Of a stretch of 64,000 bases of DNA, positions 8,652 to 16,938 are shown one piece after another. Every line of letters starts with the position of its first letter. Positions within the stretch are counted from its first letter, which is position 1. The position numbers and the translations under genes were made by a program. The stretch spans positions 407-64,406 of the forward strand of contig JAGFCB010000076.1 of the NCBI GenBank assembly GCA_022394775.1, given 5' to 3'. The DNA comes from Candidatus Poribacteria bacterium. Lineage in GTDB: Bacteria; Poribacteria; WGA-4E; WGA-3G. Under the pieces are notes generated by a model that saw nothing but the letters and a program-made list of their open reading frames with translations, was not told the DNA's origin and made no database searches.

Positions 8652-10671
8652 TTGGATGTTTCCTTGTATGCCACAAGTAGGCTACGTATTCGCTGTTGTA
8701 TACATCGCGATCTTATTTGCAGTCGGCTGTGAAGGGACAACATCGAAAAAACCACTACGTTACGAGTGGAAGACCGTCATGGAAGGCGATTGGAATTCGC
8801 ACCTATACGACGTGCATTTTGTTTCTGAAACACAAGGGTGGGCAGTCGGTAATGTGGTTGATGTAACCCCCGGTCTCGACTTTGGAGAAGAGGGAGAGAG
8901 CCTAATTATTCGCACGGACAATGGCGGCGATACGTGGCACCGACAGAACAGCGGCGTTTTCGGCAAACCGCTACGAAAAGTCTATTTCCGATCGGCGTTA
9001 GAAGGTTGGTGCATCGGCGAGGAAGGCGTGCTAATTCACACTGCCGATGGTGGAAAAACGTGGCAGTCGATCAAAACGGACACAAAGCATAATCTTAACG
9101 ACTTATTTATTCCGAAAGCGGTAGGTTGGATCGTTGGAGATTGGGGGACATTGCTCAAGACAACCGACGGCGGACTGACATTTACCAAAGTTGACGGAAC
9201 CGTATTCGACGATAAGTCTCTGAAAGGGATCCACTTCGTAAATAAAAACGATGGGTGGATCATCACCTATAATACGCCGTCATCAACGGGCGCGGGAAAT
9301 GCGGGTTATATTTATCGAACAACCGATGGCGGGGATACTTGGGAAGAACAATTTTCGACAGAAGCCGCGCTGTTCGACCTCCACTTCATAGACGACAAAA
9401 CCGGATGGGTTGTGGGGGATCGGCGGAGTGCCTTCGCTACAACTGACGGTGGCGAAACATGGCAATTCATTACAGATGGCAGCAACCAACGCCATAAAAC
9501 GAGTTATGGGCAACCTGAATATCTCGGCAAAGAGCCGTTGCACACATTTACGCTCTATGACATCGAGTTTACGGACGCACAAAACGGTTGGATCGTCGGC
9601 GACTTAGGCGTGATTCTCCATACTTCATCCGGTGGAAAAGGGAAATGGAAGCATCAGCGCGGCGGACCGCGCTTTCACAACAGTGCCGATGCGGTTCTGT
9701 TAGGTGTTGACTTTGTTTCCAAACAACTCGGTTGGGCCGTCGGTGAGAACGGCACGATTCTCCACACCCGAAATGGGGGTGTGACGTGGGAATCACAATC
9801 GAGTCCGAGTCATCTCTTGGTCGGTGTATGCGCTATTTCAGCGGAAGAAGGGTACGTCGTCGGGGATCGCGGATCTATCCTCCGAACTGAGGATGGTGGT
9901 ACCGTGTGGAACGCGCAGGATAGCCGCACGACGGAGTGTTTCGGTGCGACTCACTTTGTATCCGCACAAAAAGGGTGGGCAGTTGCGGAGGCTGGTGTCG
10001 TTTTGCATACCACAAACGGTGGGACGGTCTGGGAACGTCAAGCTTCAGAGACACAGCAGGATTTGCTCAGTGTATTCTTTGTGGACGAAAATACTGGATG
10101 GGGTGTTGGGAGCGGTGGCGAAATCATCCATACGGATAATGGCGGACAGACGTGGAAGCGTCAAAAGAGTGAAACGGCTTGGAATCTTTTTGATGTCCAT
10201 TTTACCTCCAAACGGCGCGGTTGGGCAGTTGGGATGAACGGGACAGTCCTTTCCACAGTTGATGGTGGCACTAATTGGCGGTTGGCATCTATTGGTGAAC
10301 GGCACCCATTTTTTTTTCTTGATGCTGTTACCTTCGTCTCACCGGAAATTGGATGGATCGTAGGATTGGATTTACGCAGTTTGGGGATGGATGGGTTAAT
10401 TCTGCGGACGGTGGATGGCGGCAAAACATGGCAACGCCAAGAGAGTCATACCGCGAATTTCCTTGACGATGTATTTTTTGTTTCAGAAACGGAAGGTTGG
10501 ATTGTTGGAAAAGAGGGGCTTGTTCTGCACACGAAAGACGGTGGTCAAAATTGGCGACCGCAACGTACAGATACCCACACAGACCTGAAATCTATCTACG
10601 TAAGTAGCACAAACAGCGGATGGGTGGTTGGTCAAAATGGAACAATTCTCAAATATGAGGCTGTTCCGTAA
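8644..10671 (+). CDS. BNR/Ycf48-like multi-repeat beta-propeller lipoprotein
   Basis: About 14 repeats of the D-G-G-x-T-W type (TDNGGDTW, ADGGKTW, TDGGLTF, ...). The ATG at 8644 overlaps the dapB2 stop (ATGACTAA). Lipobox-like LFAVGC. The 8566 start in the ORF track lies inside dapB2. Confidence 0.8.
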   Translation: MTNWMFPCMPQVGYVFAVVYIAILFAVGCEGTTSKKPLRYEWKTVMEGDWNSHLYDVHFVSETQGWAVGNVVDVTPGLDFGEEGESLIIRTDNGGDTWHRQNSGVFGKPLRKVYFRSALEGWCIGEEGVLIHTADGGKTWQSIKTDTKHNLNDLFIPKAVGWIVGDWGTLLKTTDGGLTFTKVDGTVFDDKSLKGIHFVNKNDGWIITYNTPSSTGAGNAGYIYRTTDGGDTWEEQFSTEAALFDLHFIDDKTGWVVGDRRSAFATTDGGETWQFITDGSNQRHKTSYGQPEYLGKEPLHTFTLYDIEFTDAQNGWIVGDLGVILHTSSGGKGKWKHQRGGPRFHNSADAVLLGVDFVSKQLGWAVGENGTILHTRNGGVTWESQSSPSHLLVGVCAISAEEGYVVGDRGSILRTEDGGTVWNAQDSRTTECFGATHFVSAQKGWAVAEAGVVLHTTNGGTVWERQASETQQDLLSVFFVDENTGWGVGSGGEIIHTDNGGQTWKRQKSETAWNLFDVHFTSKRRGWAVGMNGTVLSTVDGGTNWRLASIGERHPFFFLDAVTFVSPEIGWIVGLDLRSLGMDGLILRTVDGGKTWQRQESHTANFLDDVFFVSETEGWIVGKEGLVLHTKDGGQNWRPQRTDTHTDLKSIYVSSTNSGWVVGQNGTILKYEAVP

Positions 10672-10810
10672 ACAGTTTTTTTGAACTATCGAACTTGGTC
10701 ATCGCGCCACTATCTTTCGCGATGGTACCTGGTTAGGTATAAGGCGTGAATTAGCCAAAAACCTGCCCGAAACGTAGTGGAGGGCAGCTCGGAGGCCTAT
10801 AGTTAAAAAG

Positions 10811-11554
10811 ATGACAGACGAACAAAAATATCTATTCGACTTGCAAGGTTTTATCGTGCTGAAGGGTGTTATCCCACAAGCAGTAGTTGACGCATGCAAC
10901 ACTGTGTTAGATGCGTATGAAAATATGCCGCCTGAAGACTATCCATCGCCGCTGTGTCTTGGGACAGAACGGACGGAGAAGGAACTCTACATCTCCAATA
11001 TTATGGAGGCGGATAGCACCTTCAACGCGCTGATCGATATTCCAGAGGTGTTGGACGTGATTCAAGGCGTAACCGGTGGTCCCTATCGACTTAATCATAC
11101 GTATACGATTTACCGATGGGGCGGCGGTTATACCGGGTTACACATGCACGGCACGCCGATTATCCCGAAATGTCAGTATCACTGTAAAAACGGGGAGATG
11201 GTGTCAACGTTAACTAAGGCTGTTTTTCCGATGTTAGATTGTGATGCGGAAGACGGCTGTTTCGCTGTTATACCGGGCGCACATAAAAGCAATTTTCCAA
11301 AACCTTGGGGCGGTCATCCCGATGAGAATCCTGTGCTAACCCCGATCCCAGCAAAAGCAGGTGATGCTATCATCTTCACGGAGGCATTGACGCACGGCTC
11401 TGTTATCAATGTTTCCGGTAGACCGCGGCGGACGCTTTACTACTGTTATAGCATCGGCTACATGCCGGATTGGGGCGGTCAAGGTTTGCATTTTAGTCCA
11501 AATGTTATGGAGAGCCTCAGTGAAACGCAACAGGCAATTCTCCATCTTAAATAG
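10811..11554 (+). CDS. Phytanoyl-CoA dioxygenase (PhyH) family Fe/2-oxoglutarate oxygenase-like protein
   Basis: N-terminal YLFDLQGFIVLKGVI, central DAEDGCFAVIPGAHKS, distal FTEALTHGS. The first metal motif reads LHMHG (no Asp/Glu). Confidence 0.7.
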   Translation: MTDEQKYLFDLQGFIVLKGVIPQAVVDACNTVLDAYENMPPEDYPSPLCLGTERTEKELYISNIMEADSTFNALIDIPEVLDVIQGVTGGPYRLNHTYTIYRWGGGYTGLHMHGTPIIPKCQYHCKNGEMVSTLTKAVFPMLDCDAEDGCFAVIPGAHKSNFPKPWGGHPDENPVLTPIPAKAGDAIIFTEALTHGSVINVSGRPRRTLYYCYSIGYMPDWGGQGLHFSPNVMESLSETQQAILHLK

Positions 11555-11595
11555 TCTTTGGTTATCAGTTAATAATTTCTTTATCAATCAAAAAC

Positions 11596-11617
11596 GTAAG
11601 CCCGTAATGAAATGGAG
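11596..11617 (+). repeat. 22-bp repeat GTAAGCCCGTAATGAAATGGAG, copy 1
   Basis: Exact second copy at 12993-13014. The two copies flank dapL, and each starts a roughly 90-110 bp unit that ends in the AACCGCAAGG leader. Confidence 0.8.
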
Positions 11618-11683
11618 GGGTTTTTGCTTGGGTGTTTCTTCAGCACTGGACAGAAGCACGTGAAGCCCCAACCAACGTTACTT

Positions 11684-11705
11684 AACCGCAAGGTAAATTA
11701 AAAAT
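11684..11705 (+). promoter_or_regulatory. Conserved leader/RBS motif AACCGCAAGGTAAATTAAAAAT before the dapL start
   Basis: Copy 2 of the four-member leader family. Confidence 0.6.
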
Positions 11706-12875
11706 ATGGTTACACTCGCAGAACGGTTACAGAAACTTCCACCCTATCTTTTTGTGGATTTACGCCAAAAGATACAAGCAGCAAAAGCACGAGGTGTTGA
11801 TGTCATAAGCCTCGGCATTGGTGATCCCGATATTCCAACACCAGATCCGGTAGTCGAGACGCTGGTACAAGCGATCCAGAATCCAGAAGACCTCGACCGA
11901 CATCGCTACGGATGCGATATTCCGGTTGAGGAGTTCCCACAGGCAGTTCTCAACTTTTACCAGCATCGCTACGGTGTCACGCTATCCGATGATCAAGTCG
12001 CTACCACGCTCGGCAGCAAAGATGCCATTGTTAAATTAGCACTCGGTATTCTCAATCCTGGCGACATAGGCATCGCAGCCAGTCCTGGCTATCCTACTTA
12101 TAATATCGGGCACGTTTTTGCGAGCGCGACGACTTACTATGCACCGCTTCTGCGAGAAAACGATTTTTATGTTGACTTTGACGCTATCCCCGACGAAATA
12201 AAACGGCTCGCCAAAGTGCTGTGGATTAACTATCCAAACAACCCAACAACCGCGACAGCTGACCTCGATTTCTTTGCACGTGCTGTGGAATTTGGTCGGC
12301 AAAATGGCATTCTTATCGCGCACGATAACGCCTATAGTGAAAACACCTACGACGGGTATCGTTCACCAAGTATTTTACAGGTAGAGGGTGCCGCCGAAGT
12401 AGCCGTTGAATTCTTTTCATTGAGTAAAGCGTTTAATATGACAGGATGGCGATTAGGGTTTGTTGTGGGTAACCCAACGGCTGTTGAAGCAGTTAAGACT
12501 GTTAAAAACAACATAGATAACGGTTCACTCCGCGCACTTCAGTTCGCTGGTGCGAAAGCACTCTCAATCGCTCACGAAGTCACGCCAGCGATAAACAAAG
12601 TCTATCAGAAACGCAGAGATATGGTAGTAAACGCACTGACAGATGGCGGATGGGAAATTGAGAAACCGAAGGCAACGATGTACATCTGGGCACCTGTCCC
12701 ACCGCGTTTCAACGGCTCAAGTGGTGCGTTTGCAACAGCACTCCTTGAGGAGGTCGGTGTTGTGGTAACACCCGGACTTGGATATGGGCAGTGGAGTGAA
12801 GGCTATTGCCGAATCTCTCTGACGTATCCAGATGAAGTTATCAGTGAAGCACTTTCACGCATTCGCGTTTTTTAG
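11706..12875 (+). CDS. dapL: LL-diaminopimelate aminotransferase (class I/II aminotransferase)
   Basis: N-terminal LPPYLFVDLRQKI...ISLGIGDPDIPTP, PLP-lysine context FSLSKAFNMTGWRLG; 389 aa; lysine-pathway neighbours (dapB x2). Confidence 0.8.
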   Translation: MVTLAERLQKLPPYLFVDLRQKIQAAKARGVDVISLGIGDPDIPTPDPVVETLVQAIQNPEDLDRHRYGCDIPVEEFPQAVLNFYQHRYGVTLSDDQVATTLGSKDAIVKLALGILNPGDIGIAASPGYPTYNIGHVFASATTYYAPLLRENDFYVDFDAIPDEIKRLAKVLWINYPNNPTTATADLDFFARAVEFGRQNGILIAHDNAYSENTYDGYRSPSILQVEGAAEVAVEFFSLSKAFNMTGWRLGFVVGNPTAVEAVKTVKNNIDNGSLRALQFAGAKALSIAHEVTPAINKVYQKRRDMVVNALTDGGWEIEKPKATMYIWAPVPPRFNGSSGAFATALLEEVGVVVTPGLGYGQWSEGYCRISLTYPDEVISEALSRIRVF

Positions 12876-12992
12876 ATATTGGGTTTCTGCTCCGATTTTT
12901 CCGTTTTGATCATCAACTCGTGCCTTTCTATATTATATTCGGAGTGGAGTTGATGGTCAAAAAATCGGGTTTACGCTGAAAGGATCAAAAGT

Positions 12993-13014
12993 GTAAGCCC
13001 GTAATGAAATGGAG
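12993..13014 (+). repeat. 22-bp repeat GTAAGCCCGTAATGAAATGGAG, copy 2
   Basis: Identical to 11596-11617. It contains the ATG at 13004 that the ORF track used as a start. Confidence 0.8.
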
Positions 13015-13061
13015 AGCGGCTCTACGGAAGGGGCCTTCAAATGCCAAAATCGTCCTGACCG

Positions 13062-13081
13062 AACCGCAAGGAAAATTAAAA
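13062..13081 (+). promoter_or_regulatory. Conserved leader/RBS motif AACCGCAAGGAAAATTAAAA before the sensor-phosphatase start
   Basis: Copy 3 of the leader family. Confidence 0.6.
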
Positions 13082-16000
13082 ATGGTTAAAAACTTTATTT
13101 TAGTTGTTGGTATAACCCTTGCTGTGATTTTTGCCTCTGGTGATGCCGAGGCTAATCAGATTCAAACGTATACCGTTGCGGATGGATTGGTTGGACCGAT
13201 TGTCCCTGTTATTTTCCAAGATAGCAAAGGTGTGCTTTGGTTCGGTTCTGATCGCGGTGGCGTGAGCCAATTTCATGACAATACTTTTAAACCTTACGTT
13301 GGATCACTGGAAGGCTATGAAGGGGTTGAAGCGGGAGCACTGCTCGGACAAACGCAGCAAATCGTTGAGGATAAATGGGGACATATCTGGTTCCTTTCAA
13401 GGGATTATTCAGAAAGATCGGGTAGGATTAGCCGATTTGATGGCAATGAAATCAGTTTTGTTGCCATGGGAAATTCCCTTATCGCCGATCAGTCGGGCGA
13501 TATATGGATTGGTGAAAATTATGTGCTAACGAAATACGTTACGCCAGGTGTCCAAAAACTGCCACAGGCGCATCCACACGAAATTATAGGCGAAGATCTA
13601 ATCCGCGCGACAGGCTTAACAATAAAAGTTATTTTTCAAAGCACGGATGGGACACTCTGGCTCGGGGGCAGTGAAGGTGAGGCGCAAGAGCAGACCGGCG
13701 TAATCCTGAGTTTCCGAGAAAACCCTTGGATTCGTTCGGAACGCGGTGGTGGCGACACGAGTGATGAAACAGATGGCGGGGCACCACGTATTCATCCGAA
13801 TGCTGGGTTCACGCGTTTCAATATCTCTAATTTAAACGCTGTCAACCCAATTGAAGCGATAGCCGAAGATGCTTCCGGGAACCTCTGGTTCGGTGGCGAT
13901 AGTCTTCTCCTGCGATTTGACGGAAAAGACTTTGAACAGATCTTCCCAACTTGGACCTTTGATGGAGCCATGCCAAGCAGATCACCGAGAGAGGGTCCCG
14001 TCGGGAAACGCGTGGCTATTCAGGTTGATACGAAAAAACGTCTCTGGTTTAGCGATGGGCGTTCTACGAAGCGATGGGATGGCTCTCGGCTACGGAGGCT
14101 TAGAGGCGCGTCAGGATTTCTTGAAATTGAGGACAAATCGAGAAATCTATGGTTCATTAGTGAACGCGGTGAGGTTGAGCAATATAATTCTGAACTGGAG
14201 CCGACTTCGTATAGTAACACGAATAGTAGACTTCGAAACGATGAGGTTCGTACAATTTTTGAAGCGGTTGATGGTAAGTTGTGGTTTGGACACAATAACG
14301 GTGTAACAGCATTTGAACCGACCCCCGCGGTTATTACGCATGCTAGACTTGGTACCAGTAGGATTCGGACAATGTATGAGGATAGCAGAGGGTATCTTTG
14401 GTTCAGTGTTTCAGGTAGTGTTGCACGTTATGATACGGAAACCGGTGAAATTACCAATGCTCCATTAAGGCTGGGCACGGTGAGTCGAGATAGACGCCGT
14501 CCACAGTCTGAAATCTCGAAAATATTTGAAGTCAGCAAAGACGTCTGGTTTATAAACGAGCCGAGACCGCAAGGCAATTCCACACGATATACGTTCTTCC
14601 GCTATGCAAACGGAAATTACGGGCACCAAATTTCTATCTCTATCCGAACAAAAATCGGTCCTGGCGGTGAGCGGTCGGATAGCAATACAGATGTCCTCGT
14701 TGCGGACGGGAAACACGTATGGATGGCATTTGGTGGGCATCTTTTCAAAGCGGATGCGACGGGATTGTTATGGCTTACCGAAAGCGGTTTCCAAAGAATT
14801 CTATTCCAAACGACCTCCGAAAGGCAGTCAGATACTTCAGCTCTCGCAATTGAGCCGGGAACCGCCATGATCACTGACTTATACAGAGATTCCGACGATA
14901 GGTTATGGGTGCATTTTGAGAACGGAAAGGTAAACCGCTATCCAAAAAATATTGATCTCGTAACCGCTACAACTCGATCTATTAAACCCGATGTGCTTGA
15001 CCTGAAAGCGACAACACGACTCAAAACGCCATCAGAGAGCAAATGGTTTTTCAATGCGGTGACGGGTAGATTGATATACTGGAGCAACAGCGAAACGGGT
15101 AGACCGGTTCTACTTGATGGCGAACCTACATCTGCGCCGCTGGCAGTATGGCGGCACCCAACACAAAAGAGTGACGAAATCACTTTTCTCTTTTCGGATG
15201 CTCTGAAAACCTATCACGGCACGAGGTTAGGCGAAGTTCAGGCTATTAATACACTCGCACCCGTAAACGCGTCCGTGACTTCTCAGGACGGAATTCTCTG
15301 GTTGGCAACCTCCCGTGGGGCAGTCCGCTATGATGGGAAGAACCTGACAACTTACACAACAAAAGAAGACGGGTTTCTTGTAGACAATGTGCGGGACGTA
15401 ATAGAGGATAGCCGCGGAAATATATGGTTCGCAACAAGAGGTGGCGGCACTGTTCGATATGATGGTGAGACTTTCCACAATCGAACGACGAAAAACGGTT
15501 GGGCGCATAACAATATCTCAAAAATTCTTGAATCTTCTGATAAAGACATCTGGTTTGCGACTGAAGCGGGTGTTACACAGTATACACCGGCGCGCGGTGG
15601 ACTGCCAGAGTGTCGAATTATCGCCTTGGAAGCGGATAAACCTTACACCGATTTCTCATCTACTTTGGTGCTACCTGCAAGTGGATCCAAAACTTTCGAT
15701 GTCCGAGGAATTAGTTCGCTGCGAGAAGGGCTCTCTTATGAGTTTAGGTTAATTGGATTGGACACCCCGGCTTGGACGCAACTTTCGGAGGAGGAATTCT
15801 CGCTATTATCTACCAATTCTGATGTGATTTCTGACAGTTGGACCCCCTCTTCCATACCTGGACTGGTGGATCAGCAGATTATGGGCAGCAATGTTATACA
15901 GGAGTTTCAGAACCAAAAAGGCACGCTGCGCATTCGCTACACAGGTCTCAAAGCCGGTAACTACAGTTTCCTCATTAAGGCGTTTCGTAAAAACTGGTCC

Positions 16001-16924
16001 TACACGGAACCTCCCGCAATAGTGAACTTTAGTATCCCACCACCGTTATGGACTCGCTGGCGGACATATTTACCGACGCTTATTTTCATAACCGTTGTTA
16101 TTGCTTTGATTGGTCGTCTCGTCGTTAACCGACGACACACGTTGCAGCTGCGTAATGAAGTGCGACAAAGGGAAGAAGCAGAAATACAACGCATTCGCGC
16201 TGAACTCAGCGAAGCGCAGAATATTCAGATGGGACTTCTGCCTACGGAATCACCTGATATGAAAGGGTTTGATGTCGCGGGCATGTCGGTTCCTGCGACA
16301 CAGGTCGGTGGCGACTTCTATGATTACTTGACTGTGTCGAACGGACATACGGCTATCGCAGTAGCGGACGCTGCAGGGAAAGGTCTTAGAGGCGCGATGA
16401 ACGCAGTGTTGACGAATGGGATGTTATATGAAGTCTCGCGTTTCAAATCCGAAGCCGCTGTGATACTTAGCGATCTCAATACAGGGTTAGCACCGCGGAT
16501 GTACGGACCGAGTTTCATCGCGTTGAACCTCGCGATCCTTGATGAAACCGAAAATCGGATTGACTATGCTAATGGTGGACAACCTTATCCGATTCTTAAA
16601 CGCGGGACAGACATAATCGAAATTGAGAGTGGTGATCTTCCACTTGGCGGTATGAAAAGGGTAGAATATGAATCGACGACTTTCGATTTAACTGAAGGCG
16701 ATATTCTGATCTTTCATACGGATGGGCTCATTGAGGCACTCAACACAGAAGAGGATATGTATGGGACAGAGCGTTTCAAAGAATCGGTTTCACGGATCCC
16801 TGATAATTTTGATGCAGAAGCGATTGTCCAACACATTGTTAATGATGTTCGAGACTTTGTCGGCGAAGCGGAGCAATACGATGATCTGACAATCGTCGTC
16901 ATTAAGCGTGGTGCTAATACATAG
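13082..16924 (+). CDS. Periplasmic two-component-regulator-propeller/Y_Y_Y sensor fused to a cytoplasmic PP2C (SpoIIE-type) serine phosphatase
   Basis: Signal peptide MVKNFILVVGITLAVIFASGDAEA; repeated D..G.LWFG/IWFAT propeller motifs; one TM segment (LPTLIFITVVIALIGRLVV); coiled coil; then GGDFYDY...ADAAGKG...FHTDGL...DDLTIVVIK, typical of SpoIIE/PP2C. Confidence 0.82.
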   Translation: MVKNFILVVGITLAVIFASGDAEANQIQTYTVADGLVGPIVPVIFQDSKGVLWFGSDRGGVSQFHDNTFKPYVGSLEGYEGVEAGALLGQTQQIVEDKWGHIWFLSRDYSERSGRISRFDGNEISFVAMGNSLIADQSGDIWIGENYVLTKYVTPGVQKLPQAHPHEIIGEDLIRATGLTIKVIFQSTDGTLWLGGSEGEAQEQTGVILSFRENPWIRSERGGGDTSDETDGGAPRIHPNAGFTRFNISNLNAVNPIEAIAEDASGNLWFGGDSLLLRFDGKDFEQIFPTWTFDGAMPSRSPREGPVGKRVAIQVDTKKRLWFSDGRSTKRWDGSRLRRLRGASGFLEIEDKSRNLWFISERGEVEQYNSELEPTSYSNTNSRLRNDEVRTIFEAVDGKLWFGHNNGVTAFEPTPAVITHARLGTSRIRTMYEDSRGYLWFSVSGSVARYDTETGEITNAPLRLGTVSRDRRRPQSEISKIFEVSKDVWFINEPRPQGNSTRYTFFRYANGNYGHQISISIRTKIGPGGERSDSNTDVLVADGKHVWMAFGGHLFKADATGLLWLTESGFQRILFQTTSERQSDTSALAIEPGTAMITDLYRDSDDRLWVHFENGKVNRYPKNIDLVTATTRSIKPDVLDLKATTRLKTPSESKWFFNAVTGRLIYWSNSETGRPVLLDGEPTSAPLAVWRHPTQKSDEITFLFSDALKTYHGTRLGEVQAINTLAPVNASVTSQDGILWLATSRGAVRYDGKNLTTYTTKEDGFLVDNVRDVIEDSRGNIWFATRGGGTVRYDGETFHNRTTKNGWAHNNISKILESSDKDIWFATEAGVTQYTPARGGLPECRIIALEADKPYTDFSSTLVLPASGSKTFDVRGISSLREGLSYEFRLIGLDTPAWTQLSEEEFSLLSTNSDVISDSWTPSSIPGLVDQQIMGSNVIQEFQNQKGTLRIRYTGLKAGNYSFLIKAFRKNWSYTEPPAIVNFSIPPPLWTRWRTYLPTLIFITVVIALIGRLVVNRRHTLQLRNEVRQREEAEIQRIRAELSEAQNIQMGLLPTESPDMKGFDVAGMSVPATQVGGDFYDYLTVSNGHTAIAVADAAGKGLRGAMNAVLTNGMLYEVSRFKSEAAVILSDLNTGLAPRMYGPSFIALNLAILDETENRIDYANGGQPYPILKRGTDIIEIESGDLPLGGMKRVEYESTTFDLTEGDILIFHTDGLIEALNTEEDMYGTERFKESVSRIPDNFDAEAIVQHIVNDVRDFVGEAEQYDDLTIVVIKRGANT

Positions 16925-16938
16925 GTAGATACGGCACG

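Noticed and set aside
13004-13081. The N-terminal extension MKWRAALRKGPSNAKIVLTEPQGKLK of the sensor-phosphatase ORF (ORF-track start at 13004).
   Set aside because: The ATG at 13004 lies inside the 22-bp repeat GTAAGCCCGTAATGAAATGGAG, which also produces a spurious MKWR peptide at 11605. The conserved RBS leader and a clean signal peptide support the ATG at 13082.
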